Origin: Ginsengibacter sp.
GTDB taxonomy: Bacteria; Bacteroidota; Bacteroidia; Chitinophagales; Chitinophagaceae
Direction of reading: 5' to 3'
DNA: 42,532 nucleotides
Assembly (NCBI GenBank): GCA_040006135.1
Contig: JBDTXP010000001.1
Span: forward strand, 1 to 42,532
The notes under the pieces are model-generated. The model worked only from the letters and a program-made list of their open reading frames with translations, was not told where the DNA came from and did not search any database. This document shows positions 1-9,922 of the stretch, piece after piece; within the stretch, counting starts at the first letter, position 1, and every line of letters starts with the position of its first letter. Both the position numbers and the translations under genes were made by a program.

Positions 1-321
1 CAAGCTGGAAGTACATCGAATTCTATGGGGATAGCCATTTTAAGAGTCACATCAGACATGCAGTTAACTTGTAAAATTCTTGATCAAAAGATTGATGCTG
101 GAGATATGCTGACAAATTCGCACATTCATTTTGGTGCCCCTGGCGCGAATGGATCTCCTTTCATTTTTTTGGCAGCAGGAATTCAAAATTTAGGAAAGAA
201 CGTAAATATCCAATTAACCTCGTCCCAATTTGACGAATTGGTGAATGGAACTCAGCCGATTTACATAAACGTGCACTCCAATTTTTACCCAGGAGGCGCA
301 ATTCGTGGTCAGATAAGATAA
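1..321 (+). CDS. CHRD domain-containing protein, 5'-truncated by the window edge
   Basis: Frame is open from base 1; CHRD motifs SHIHFGAPGANG and YINVHSNFYPGGAIRGQI. Confidence 0.85.
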   Translation, partial: QAGSTSNSMGIAILRVTSDMQLTCKILDQKIDAGDMLTNSHIHFGAPGANGSPFIFLAAGIQNLGKNVNIQLTSSQFDELVNGTQPIYINVHSNFYPGGAIRGQIR

Positions 322-345
322 GTAAATTTGGCAATTAGTTTTGGT

Positions 346-375
346 AAAGCCCGATGATGATTCATACGGGCTTTT
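346..375 (+). terminator. Intrinsic terminator after the CHRD gene
   Basis: AAAGCCCG...CGGGCTTTT stem-loop 25 nt after the stop codon. Confidence 0.7.
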
Positions 376-739
376 CCCGTACAACATAAAATTTGCTGGA
401 ACTGGAAGGATTTAGGTGAACAGGAGATTCCCTTATTATTTATATCGCAAATAGTTTTACCAACCTACGTTAGCTCAAGAAGGGGCTTGGATTTAGCATA
501 GCCTACTTGAGTTATACCCATCATATACAACTTAAAATAATAAATCTATTTCACAATAATAATTAATGAGAAGACCCGGGTACTTTCGAAACATAATGAA
601 AAAAAATAAATTAAATACTTATAATACTTCAATTCACGTTAAGTGGCAAATACTATTGCTCAGGAGAAGTCTGATGATCACCAGCCTGCCTAAAAAAACT
701 TCTAAAATGATGGATTGAAATCCTATCATTTGGGAATAT

Positions 740-747
740 TATCTTTG
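740..747 (+). promoter_or_regulatory. Bacteroidota -7 promoter element for guaB
   Basis: TATCTTTG matches TAnnTTTG; 3 nt before ATG 751. Confidence 0.7.
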
Positions 748-750
748 CAC

Positions 751-2241
751 ATGCCTACAAAAAATAATGGAGCTCCTGCTCCTAAAAATTCCTTTATTGA
801 AGGATTAACCTTCGATGACGTCTTACTTGTTCCGGCCTACAGCGAAGTATTACCCCGAAATGTAAATATCCGTTGCCGGCTTACTTCAAAAATTTTCTTA
901 AATATTCCCATGCTTAGCGCAGCTATGGATACAGTTACAGAAGCGCCACTCGCGATTGCGCTGGCGCGCGAGGGAGGCCTGGGGATTCTTCATAAAAATA
1001 TGTCGATACAGCAACAGGCTGCACAGGTACGCCGCGTAAAAAGAAGCGAAAGTGGAATGATCATGGATCCTGTTACACTGCCCGAGGATGCAACATTAAG
1101 TGAGGCTTTGTATTTAATGAAAGAAAATAAGATCGGAGGTATACCTATCATCAATAGCACTGGCAAACTCACAGGAATATTAACCAATCGCGACTTACGA
1201 TTTGAAACTGATCTCAAAAGAAAGGTGAGCGAATTAATGACTTCTGAAAATTTAATAACCGCCAGGGAAGGAACAGATCTTGAAAAAGCACAGATCATTT
1301 TAAGAAAACATAAAATAGAAAAACTACCCGTAGTAAATAACAAAGGAATACTTAAAGGTCTTATAACCTATAGAGATATATTAAAAGTTCACAACCATCC
1401 TTTGGCTGCGAAAGATGAATTTGGCCGACTTATTTCCGGTGCCGGAGTTGGCATTACCAATGATATAATGGATCGTGTGTATGCGCTCCAGGAAGTAGGT
1501 GTGGATGTGGTGTGTCTTGATAGCGCTCATGGACATACGAAAGGCGTAATTGATGCCTTAAAAAAAATAAAAAAATCCTTTAAAACCCTTGCTGTTATCG
1601 CTGGAAATGTTGCCACAGCAAACGGAGCGAAAGCATTAGCAGATGCAGGTGCAGACGCGGTAAAAGTTGGCATAGGGCCGGGTTCCATTTGTACTACACG
1701 CATAGTAGCAGGAGCTGGTGTGCCACAAATAACCGCTATCATGCAGGTTGCTCAAGCGCTAAAAAACAGAAACGTTGGATTAATTGCTGATGGTGGCATA
1801 AGATATACCGGCGATATGGTAAAAGCGATTGCGGCCGGTGCTGATTGTGTAATGATGGGTGGTGTATTTGCCGGCACTGAAGAAAGCCCCGGCGAAACGA
1901 TCATTTATGAGGGAAGAAAATTTAAGCAATACCGTGGCATGGGTTCATTGGGTGCAATGGCACAAGGTAGCAGCGACCGTTATTTCCAGGAGAAGGAAGA
2001 GCAATCTCAAAAATATGTACCCGAAGGCATTGAAGGACGGATTGCCTACAAAGGAAATCTTGATGAAATTGTCCACCAGTTTACCGGAGGCCTGCGTGCT
2101 GGAATGGGCTATTGTGGTGCAAAAGATATTGAGAGCCTGAAAAAAGCATCATTTATAAAAATTACCAACGCAGGTATGCGAGAGAGCCACGCGCACGATA
2201 TCGAGATTACTAAAGAAGCCCCGAATTATAGCCGTCAATAA
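751..2241 (+). CDS. guaB: IMP dehydrogenase
   Basis: [23 protein letters not shown] pair, catalytic [18 protein letters not shown] 751 preferred over TTG 715 because the promoter lies between them. Confidence 0.97.
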   Translation: MPTKNNGAPAPKNSFIEGLTFDDVLLVPAYSEVLPRNVNIRCRLTSKIFLNIPMLSAAMDTVTEAPLAIALAREGGLGILHKNMSIQQQAAQVRRVKRSESGMIMDPVTLPEDATLSEALYLMKENKIGGIPIINSTGKLTGILTNRDLRFETDLKRKVSELMTSENLITAREGTDLEKAQIILRKHKIEKLPVVNNKGILKGLITYRDILKVHNHPLAAKDEFGRLISGAGVGITNDIMDRVYALQEVGVDVVCLDSAHGHTKGVIDALKKIKKSFKTLAVIAGNVATANGAKALADAGADAVKVGIGPGSICTTRIVAGAGVPQITAIMQVAQALKNRNVGLIADGGIRYTGDMVKAIAAGADCVMMGGVFAGTEESPGETIIYEGRKFKQYRGMGSLGAMAQGSSDRYFQEKEEQSQKYVPEGIEGRIAYKGNLDEIVHQFTGGLRAGMGYCGAKDIESLKKASFIKITNAGMRESHAHDIEITKEAPNYSRQ

Positions 2242-2265
2242 CTTTTTATAATATAAATATTTCCT

Positions 2266-3441
2266 TTGCACCTTTTCAAGTATATTCTTCTTTCGTTTTT
2301 ATTAATTCCTTCTTTTTCTAACGGACAGGATAGTCTATGCCATGCGCAAATAAGCTTGCTTACCATAAGTCCCGGCGAAGAATTGTACTCCACATTTGGC
2401 CACAGCGCGCTTCGTGTGTACGATAGCGTTAGTAACTCAGACATCGTATATAATTATGGAACATTTAATTTTGATGAGCCAGGTTTTTATACAAAATTTA
2501 TCAGGGGCAAATTAATGTATTACCTCTCGAGGGATAATTTTGAAAATTTTATTGCAGCAAATCAGCAGGAAAACAGAACCACGACAGAACAGGTTCTAAA
2601 TCTTGATTGCAAAGAAAAAAATCGATTATTAAAAAGCCTTTATACAAATATGGAGGAAGCTAACCGTTCTTATAAATATGATTTTTTATTTGACAACTGC
2701 ACCACACGGCTTAGGGACTTAATTGAAAAAGCCGGAGCTGATTCCGCAGTCCGTTTTGGCAAAGTACTTAACAAGCCCAGAACTTTTCGCAACCTGATTC
2801 ACGAATACCTGAATAATAACGATAAGCAATGGAGCAAACTTGGTATTGATATTTTGCTTGGCAGCAAAACGGATGCACTGATGACACCTTACCAGGTAAT
2901 GTTTCTCCCGGATTACCTCATGAATGTGTTGGACCGGTCTGCCATTAATCAGAGACCACTTGTAAGCAGTCACACTTCTTTATATAGAATAAAATACGTA
3001 GACAACTCACCCAGTAATCTGACCCATCCATTCTTTATATTTTCCTGCTTTTTTGTATTGATTTGCCTGCTAAGTTTTTCTAAAAATAATTTTGTGAAAA
3101 ATTTCATGGCCAATTTTGACAGGTTCTTTTTTTTCATGGCAGGTCTTTTAGGAATTTTAATTCTTTTTATGTGGTTTGGTACAGACCATATTATGTGCAG
3201 GAACAATTACAATTTGTTGTGGGCATGGCCAATGAATGCGGTTGCTGCTTTTTATCTCCACTCACAAAAAAAATGGCCACGTATCTACTTTTTAATCCTG
3301 GCAATATTATTATTATTGTTGTTAGGTTTCTGGTTTCTATTACCTCAATTATTAAATATTTCGCTTATTCCAATTGTATTGATAATGATTGTACGCGCAT
3401 TTCATTTTTATTTTAAAAAAGATATACATGCCGGTAATTGA
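2266..3441 (+). CDS. lnb: DUF4105 / Lnb-type lipoprotein N-acyltransferase (periplasmic domain plus C-terminal TM helices)
   Basis: Signal peptide; FGHSALRV, YNYGTF and YDFLFDNCTTR motifs; about 5 C-terminal hydrophobic segments; TTG start (in-frame stop at 2254). Confidence 0.75.
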   Translation: MHLFKYILLSFLLIPSFSNGQDSLCHAQISLLTISPGEELYSTFGHSALRVYDSVSNSDIVYNYGTFNFDEPGFYTKFIRGKLMYYLSRDNFENFIAANQQENRTTTEQVLNLDCKEKNRLLKSLYTNMEEANRSYKYDFLFDNCTTRLRDLIEKAGADSAVRFGKVLNKPRTFRNLIHEYLNNNDKQWSKLGIDILLGSKTDALMTPYQVMFLPDYLMNVLDRSAINQRPLVSSHTSLYRIKYVDNSPSNLTHPFFIFSCFFVLICLLSFSKNNFVKNFMANFDRFFFFMAGLLGILILFMWFGTDHIMCRNNYNLLWAWPMNAVAAFYLHSQKKWPRIYFLILAILLLLLLGFWFLLPQLLNISLIPIVLIMIVRAFHFYFKKDIHAGN

Positions 3442-4228
3442 AATCACCAATAAAAAGATTTTTTATAAAGTAAAAGGCGCGGGAACGCCGGTTGTATTGA
3501 TGCACGGTTTTGGAGAAGATGGAAAAATATGGAATGGAATCGTAAAAAATTTAGAGAAAAATTATTTAGTAATTGTACCCGATTTACCAGGTAGCGGCCG
3601 CTCTCAAATGCTGGACGGGGAAGTCAACTTAGTTGATTTTGCAGAAATCATTTTAAAAATTACACAAAAAGAATTTGGCCGAAATAAACCATTTAATTTA
3701 ATAGGCCACAGCATGGGTGGATATATTTCCCTGGCATTGGCTAAAAAATATCCGTCTATCATCAGATCTCTTGGTCTTTTCCATTCATCTGCTTTTGCTG
3801 ACGATGAGAATAAAATAAAAAAAAGACAGAAAAGTATTCGTTTTATAAAAAAAAATGGATCATTAGAATTTCTAAAAACTTCCATTCCTGATTTATTTTC
3901 TGAAATATCAAAAGCTAAAAATCCAAACTTCCCTGATAAATTAATGCATATAGCATCGTCAATTTTACCGAACACACTTATTCAATATTATGAAGCAATG
4001 ATACGCAGATCAGATACAACTAGTGTCTTAAGTACTGCAACTTTTCCTGTTCTTTTTATTCTCGGAAAATATGATAAGGCTGTGCCATTGGATTTGGGAT
4101 TAAAGCAATGTCATCTACCTTCCACCTCCTCAGTTCATATACTTGAATCTTCAGCTCATATGGGTATGTGGGAGCAACCTAAAAAGTCTATTGGGATTCT
4201 GAACGCTTTCTTGCAGGAATTTGCTTAG
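3428..4228 (+). CDS. Alpha/beta fold hydrolase
   Basis: HGFGE oxyanion motif, PDLPGSG, GHSMGG nucleophile elbow, D and H downstream; ATG 3428 overlaps the previous gene. Confidence 0.9.
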   Translation: MPVIEITNKKIFYKVKGAGTPVVLMHGFGEDGKIWNGIVKNLEKNYLVIVPDLPGSGRSQMLDGEVNLVDFAEIILKITQKEFGRNKPFNLIGHSMGGYISLALAKKYPSIIRSLGLFHSSAFADDENKIKKRQKSIRFIKKNGSLEFLKTSIPDLFSEISKAKNPNFPDKLMHIASSILPNTLIQYYEAMIRRSDTTSVLSTATFPVLFILGKYDKAVPLDLGLKQCHLPSTSSVHILESSAHMGMWEQPKKSIGILNAFLQEFA

Positions 4229-4316
4229 AATTTTATTTTTCACAGAAACTATGTGATGCCATATATTTTTCCGAAATTTAGTGGGCTTATTTACTATTAC
4301 CACTTTAAGAATTTTA

Positions 4317-6914
4317 ATGAAAAAAATAATTTTTTTTACGCTTGTTTTTTTGACCACCCTTTCCTGTGATGCAAAGCATATCATTGGAGGAGAAATGATT
4401 TATACATATATGGGTCCGGGCGCAAATGGTACTAACAGGTATTTAATTACACTTAAACTCTTTCGCGACCAAAACTCGCCACCTGACGCAGCTCAAATGC
4501 CTGTAAATGTTTTCATCGGAATTTTTAATAATGATACTAAGGCACAGTTTCCATCCGCTTCGGGATACTATGATGTACCCAGAACTGATGAAAACGATGT
4601 AACTGTAAATCCATTTCCTATCTGCATCACTAATCCACCTTCCTTAAATTATCATGTCGGCATTTTTTATCTTACTGTGGATCTGCCGGCTAACAGTAAG
4701 GGATACACGGCAACATATCAGACATGCTGTCGAATTTCTCCACTTACGAATGTAGACACCAATGGTGGAACGGGCACGGGGTCAACTTATTCTTGTTCCA
4801 TTCCTGCAGTTATTGATAACTCACCACAATTCACTACAAGCATTGATGCTATTTGTGGCAATAAACCTTTTCATTTGCAATTCAGTGCAACAGATGCCGA
4901 TGGCGATTCCCTGATCTACCAGTTTGCTTATGCTTATGACGGTGGAAATTTTCAGAATTCACAAAATGCAAATCCTGCAGCTCCACCTTACAATTCGGTT
5001 CCCTATATTAATTCCTTTTCTTATGACCAGCCTTTAGGCCCGCAAGCTACCATCAACAGGCATACCGGCGAAATAAGTGGGGTAGCCCCTGATGTAGGCA
5101 GGTATGTTGTTTGTGTTGCAGTATTGTCATATAGGCGGGGAGTTATGATAAATGAACACCGGAAAGATTTTATAGTAAACGTTACCAATTGTGATTTTGC
5201 CGGAGCGAGGCTAAATCCAAAAGGAGTGAGTTGTGATGGTTTTAATGTCAGCTTTTCTAATGATGATTTCTCGCCACTTAATCATACTTTTTATTGGGTC
5301 TTTGGTGATCCTAAATCAGGGACTTCAGACACTTCCACAATTCAAAATCCAATACACATTTATTCCGACACCGGGGTGTATGTGTATAAATTAGTTGTAA
5401 ACAGGGGAGATCAATGCAGTGATTCGGCGATACAAACTATTAAAGTATACCCGGGATTTTTTCCAAAATTTTCTGTTACCGGCAAATGTAAAAATTCCCC
5501 CATAAAATTTACTGATCTATCAACCACCAATTATGGATCTGTAAATTCCTGGACATGGAAGTTTGGTGATCCAACTACTCTTGCTGATTCAAGCTTGCTA
5601 AAAAATCCTACTTACACTTATTCTTCCGCTGGCAATTACCCGGTAAGCCTTTCAGTTACCAGTACCAAGGGCTGTAATAAAACTTTTTTTGACACAATAA
5701 AAATTGTTGACAAGCCGACTTTTTCACTCACGAATGATACACTTATTTGCAGCATTGATACTTTGCAACTCAATGCCTATGGAAACGGATCGGTAGCCTG
5801 GACGCCCAATTATAATATAGATAATCCTGCGAGTTTTTCACCTAAGGTAAGTCCGAAAAAAACTACCACTTATTATGCAAATTTTTTTGAAAGTCCCGGT
5901 TGTACTGCCACAGACTCAGTAAAAGTAAGCGTTGTTAACCAGGTCACTTTATCCATCGGAAATGATACAACTATTTGCACGACTGATACTATACAAATAA
6001 ATACAATAAGTGACGGATTACATTATACATGGGCACCATCAATATCACTTTCAAGCGATACCGCTAAAAGACCATTTGCTAACCCACTTACTACCACTAT
6101 TTATAATGTTCACGCTAGTATTGGAAAATGTTTTGCTGATGACCAGGTTAAGATCACAACAGTTCCATACCCAAATGCGAAAGCGGGAAATGATACAACG
6201 CTATGCCTTGGTAAAAGCATTCAACTAGTTGCTTCAGGCGGTAGTGAATATGCATGGAGTCCGATAAATTTTTTAACTAATCCCAATATTTCAAATCCGG
6301 TTTCATCGCCTTCACAATCCATCAGGTATATAGTGAAAGTAACGGATGTAAAAGGTTGCCCGAAACCAGCCTTTGATACCATTTTAATTATTATTGAAAA
6401 TTTAATTGCGGATGCAGGTCCTCGTGATACTATAATTGTTGTGGGCCAACCATTACAGTTAAATGCCACAGGAGATGCAGAATCTTTCACATGGCGCCCT
6501 TCATTCGGATTAAGCAATGCGAATATTGCAAACCCTGTAGCAAGACTTAAGGAAAACCAACAATATATTTTAAATATTATAAGTAAGGCCGGTTGTACTG
6601 CCAGCGATACTATTGACGTAATTGTTTATAAAGTAAAACCAGATCTTTATGTCCCCAACGCGTTCACTCCTAACTCGGATGGCATAAATGATATTTTCAG
6701 ACCAATTTTGATAGGGATGAAATCACTCAATTATTTTAAAGTATATAATCGTTCAGGACAATTAATTTATTCCACTGATCGTCCGGGACAAGGCTGGGAT
6801 GGCACTTACAAAGGTGCTCCGCAGGACCAGGCTGTATTTGTATGGACTGTGGAAGGAGAAGACTATACAGGAAAACTAATATTTAAGAAAGGAAGTGTAA
6901 CGCTGGTGAGATGA
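4317..6914 (+). CDS. Secreted PKD-domain protein with T9SS type-B (gliding motility-associated, CHU_C) C-terminal domain
   Basis: Signal peptide, HIIGGEM N-terminus, two PKD repeats (W.FGDP), C-terminal YVPNAFTPNSDGIND...GWDG...KGSVTLVR. Confidence 0.88.
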   Translation: MKKIIFFTLVFLTTLSCDAKHIIGGEMIYTYMGPGANGTNRYLITLKLFRDQNSPPDAAQMPVNVFIGIFNNDTKAQFPSASGYYDVPRTDENDVTVNPFPICITNPPSLNYHVGIFYLTVDLPANSKGYTATYQTCCRISPLTNVDTNGGTGTGSTYSCSIPAVIDNSPQFTTSIDAICGNKPFHLQFSATDADGDSLIYQFAYAYDGGNFQNSQNANPAAPPYNSVPYINSFSYDQPLGPQATINRHTGEISGVAPDVGRYVVCVAVLSYRRGVMINEHRKDFIVNVTNCDFAGARLNPKGVSCDGFNVSFSNDDFSPLNHTFYWVFGDPKSGTSDTSTIQNPIHIYSDTGVYVYKLVVNRGDQCSDSAIQTIKVYPGFFPKFSVTGKCKNSPIKFTDLSTTNYGSVNSWTWKFGDPTTLADSSLLKNPTYTYSSAGNYPVSLSVTSTKGCNKTFFDTIKIVDKPTFSLTNDTLICSIDTLQLNAYGNGSVAWTPNYNIDNPASFSPKVSPKKTTTYYANFFESPGCTATDSVKVSVVNQVTLSIGNDTTICTTDTIQINTISDGLHYTWAPSISLSSDTAKRPFANPLTTTIYNVHASIGKCFADDQVKITTVPYPNAKAGNDTTLCLGKSIQLVASGGSEYAWSPINFLTNPNISNPVSSPSQSIRYIVKVTDVKGCPKPAFDTILIIIENLIADAGPRDTIIVVGQPLQLNATGDAESFTWRPSFGLSNANIANPVARLKENQQYILNIISKAGCTASDTIDVIVYKVKPDLYVPNAFTPNSDGINDIFRPILIGMKSLNYFKVYNRSGQLIYSTDRPGQGWDGTYKGAPQDQAVFVWTVEGEDYTGKLIFKKGSVTLVR

Positions 6915-6935
6915 TGAATTATTTTTAAATAAGAA

Positions 6936-7571
6936 TTATCTCATTCTTCTACCACCCTGGCGTTGAGCACCCTGGAATAAACCAATATTGTATCCTGCCC
7001 GTATAACGGGATTGCTTCTTCCCAAACCATCAATATATGGCGAATTTTTATCCCCAAGTATATCCCATGAAACAGATATAAAATAATAAGTATTATTATT
7101 TCTTTCGCGACCCCCGGCATAACCGCCTCCCAATAAAAGACTGCTGGCATTCACTGTTCCCTTGAAAGGCGCGTAATTATTAGTAGCAGGGATATAGTTC
7201 TGCTTGATGAAATTATATTCATATTGCGCTGAAGCGAAAAGAAATTTAACGGGGAATAATCTTACAAATGCACCGGGGCCATAAATAGTTTGCCTTATTT
7301 TGTCTCCATATTCCCGAAAATCTCTTTGGGAAGAATAATTTACATTAATAGTGATACCGGCATCCGCCCAATTCGTAAGGCTGTAACCAAATTGCGGAGT
7401 TATTCCAATCACCGTACTATAATTTGAGAACCCCAAATTGGCACTTCCGCCCGTGAAAAGTTTTTCTTTTTTGAAACCACGCTCAGGTTTCACATCATCT
7501 TTCTTTTCATTATCCTGAGCATTAACTGAAGTAACAAAAAATAACATAGCAACCAAGAGGATATTTCTCAT
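6936..7571 (-). CDS. Hypothetical protein, probable outer-membrane beta-barrel
   Basis: Signal peptide (VNA-Q); alternating amphipathic Gly/aromatic strands. Confidence 0.6.
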   Translation of the reverse strand: MRNILLVAMLFFVTSVNAQDNEKKDDVKPERGFKKEKLFTGGSANLGFSNYSTVIGITPQFGYSLTNWADAGITINVNYSSQRDFREYGDKIRQTIYGPGAFVRLFPVKFLFASAQYEYNFIKQNYIPATNNYAPFKGTVNASSLLLGGGYAGGRERNNNTYYFISVSWDILGDKNSPYIDGLGRSNPVIRAGYNIGLFQGAQRQGGRRMR

Positions 7572-7670
7572 AAAGATTTTTTTAAGAAACGATAGACTAC
7601 TTATTTAGTGAGTCGTTTAAAAATTATTCAGACAAAAATACTCAACAGCTTTTCTAATTAATCGTTAATA

Positions 7671-9086
7671 TCAATCAAAGATCTTTCCGGCATTTAATAT
7701 ATTATTTGGATCAAATACTTTTTTAATGCCCCGCATAAGATCCAATTGTTTATTATCAAAAACAATATCCATAAAATCTTTTTGTACCAGGCCAATCCCG
7801 TGTTCACCACTGATGGTGCCGCCTAAATCTTTTACAAGTTTGAAAAGTGCTCGTAACGATTCTATAATTAATGGGTCATCCTGGCTATTGGATGTACCTT
7901 CTTTTTTTATGCGAATATGTAAATTACCATCACCCGCATGACCGTAGCAAACGGCTTTAAATCCATATTGAATCCCTAAACTCTTCACACCTTTTATTAA
8001 AGCAGGAAGTTCATAACGAGGCACCACGGTATCTTCTTCAATTGTAAAGCCATCCAGTTTCACTGCTTCTGCCACTCGTCGACGCAGTTTCCAGAGCTCT
8101 GCTTTTTGCGCAGCATCATCAGCGAAAAAAAGATCGCCACTTCCGAATTCACTTAATACTTCAGAGATGCCTTCCATATCTTTCATTAATACATCCATAT
8201 CATTTCCATCCACTTCAATAATCAGATGCGCGGCTACAGCATCATCAACAGGCACAATGGCACTTCCAACAAACTTGCTTACAATCTTTAGCGCATCTAT
8301 CTCGACAAGCTCCATGGCGCTTGGTGTATAACCTGCTCTAAACACAGCACTCACTGCCTCGCCGGCCTTTTGTACATCATCAAATGGGGCCAACATAAGC
8401 AGATCATATTTTGGCAATGGAATTAATTTTAAAACAATTTTGGTAACTATTCCTAAGGTGCCTTCGCTCCCTACCATCAATTGTGTAAGGTTATACCCTG
8501 TTGAATTTTTCAAAACGTTTGACCCGGTCCAAATAATTTCCCCTGTAGGTAACACAACTTCAAGGTTAAGCACATAATCTTTTACTACACCATATTTCAC
8601 CGCCTTTGGGCCACCACTATTCTCTGCTATGTTTCCTCCAATAAAGCAGGATCCCCGGCTGCTGGGATCAGGCGGATAAAATAAATGATGCTCTTTTACG
8701 GCATCCTGTAAAACTTCAGTTATAACTCCAGGCTCAGTAATTACCTGCAAATTTTTTAAATCAATATTTATGATCGTATTCATTCTTTCGGTGGAAATTA
8801 AAACTCCACCGAGATTTGGCAGTGCGCCACCGCTAAGCCCGGTACCTGCACCACGTGGAGTCACAGGAATATTATTTTCATTACAAATGCGCATAACCTG
8901 GCTTATTTCGTCTGCTGTACGAGGCTTTATGGCTATCTGAGGGAGAAAAAATAATGCCTCTGTTTCATCATGGCCGTATTTTTCAAGACCTTCTGAATCA
9001 GATATTATATTTGCCTCTCCACAAATGTTTTTAATTTCCTGAACAATATTATCTGCAATAGAGGAATTGTTTCTTGTTGAATTCAT
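7671..9086 (-). CDS. FAD-binding oxidoreductase (GlcD / D-2-hydroxyacid dehydrogenase family)
   Basis: PRGAGTGLSGGA, GSEGTLG, GHAGDGNLH, SGEHGIG, FDPNNILNAGK. Confidence 0.92.
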   Translation of the reverse strand: MNSTRNNSSIADNIVQEIKNICGEANIISDSEGLEKYGHDETEALFFLPQIAIKPRTADEISQVMRICNENNIPVTPRGAGTGLSGGALPNLGGVLISTERMNTIINIDLKNLQVITEPGVITEVLQDAVKEHHLFYPPDPSSRGSCFIGGNIAENSGGPKAVKYGVVKDYVLNLEVVLPTGEIIWTGSNVLKNSTGYNLTQLMVGSEGTLGIVTKIVLKLIPLPKYDLLMLAPFDDVQKAGEAVSAVFRAGYTPSAMELVEIDALKIVSKFVGSAIVPVDDAVAAHLIIEVDGNDMDVLMKDMEGISEVLSEFGSGDLFFADDAAQKAELWKLRRRVAEAVKLDGFTIEEDTVVPRYELPALIKGVKSLGIQYGFKAVCYGHAGDGNLHIRIKKEGTSNSQDDPLIIESLRALFKLVKDLGGTISGEHGIGLVQKDFMDIVFDNKQLDLMRGIKKVFDPNNILNAGKIFD

Positions 9087-9191
9087 GGTATTGATTTGTT
9101 ATGCTAAATTATTTTATAAAAGTCGCAATTAATTGTAGCATTCGGTAGTGCTTAAAATTTTTGCATAATTTTTTATTCGAAAAATGAATAT

Positions 9192-9234
9192 TTACGAAAT
9201 TTATCGTAAGTTCGTTTTACGAAATCATTCGTAT
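9192..9234. promoter_or_regulatory. Tandem palindromic operators TACGA-N6-TCGTA flanking a -7-like element
   Basis: TTACGAAATTTATCGTAA (9192-9209) and TTACGAAATCATTCGTAT (9217-9234), 25-bp period, with TAAGTTCG at 9207-9214. Confidence 0.7.
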
Positions 9235-9252
9235 AAATAAAAAATTATAACA

Positions 9253-9840
9253 ATGAAAACTTTAAAATGCTTTTTAATGAAAACAAGTTGGGCAACAACA
9301 AAATTTATGCTTTTACTTTTCGCATTAATATTAATTTATAGTAGTGTTCCGGCACAAAGATCTTCTGAAAAAAAGATACTTAAAGAGGAACAACAAATCA
9401 ATACAGATTCTATTCTAAAAATAGCCCATGATGCTTTAAAAAATATTGATTTTGACAAGATTAATATCGAATTACAATCTGCCATTAAAGTGCTTGACAC
9501 TTTAAACATAAATGCCCGAATCAAGGAAGCACTGGCAAATGTTGACTTTACAATGGCTACAGCCGGACTTGATAGTGCCATTAAAAGAATGCAGACTGCA
9601 GAAATGAAACATCATTTGGAATTAACCCGTAAGCAGTTAATGGAGTTACAGAAAAATAAAAGTATAATTAACAAGGCTGAAATGGAAAAAATTAAGAAAG
9701 AGCTTAAAGAAACTCAAAAAGAACTGGAGAAAACGCGTAAAGAATTAAAAAAGGAATTGAAAGCCGGAGATGCTGATAATACCGCATTTCAATTGAATTT
9801 CAGGGATTACTATAACGCACTTCCACTTATTACCCTGTAA
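9253..9840 (+). CDS. Hypothetical secreted coiled-coil protein
   Basis: N-terminal signal/hydrophobic stretch; IDFDKI/VDFT pseudo-repeats; K/E-rich heptads. Confidence 0.7.
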   Translation: MKTLKCFLMKTSWATTKFMLLLFALILIYSSVPAQRSSEKKILKEEQQINTDSILKIAHDALKNIDFDKINIELQSAIKVLDTLNINARIKEALANVDFTMATAGLDSAIKRMQTAEMKHHLELTRKQLMELQKNKSIINKAEMEKIKKELKETQKELEKTRKELKKELKAGDADNTAFQLNFRDYYNALPLITL

Positions 9841-9922
9841 TAAATTCTTTATTAAGGAAATTTTATAATATATGTAGTGTTTCTTTTTTGCCCCTTACGT
9901 TTTTTATCCTATTTTTAAAAAA

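Noticed and set aside
990-2140. Antisense or alternate-frame ORFs inside guaB (and similar ones in sucD, pntAA, ffh, cphA, the C25 gene and the E1 gene)
   Set aside because: Fully nested in well-supported genes with no recognisable motifs; typical shadow ORFs.
7588-7620. Imperfect inverted repeat / ECF-like AAC-N17-GTC upstream of the barrel gene
   Set aside because: Too short and degenerate to separate from chance without comparative data.
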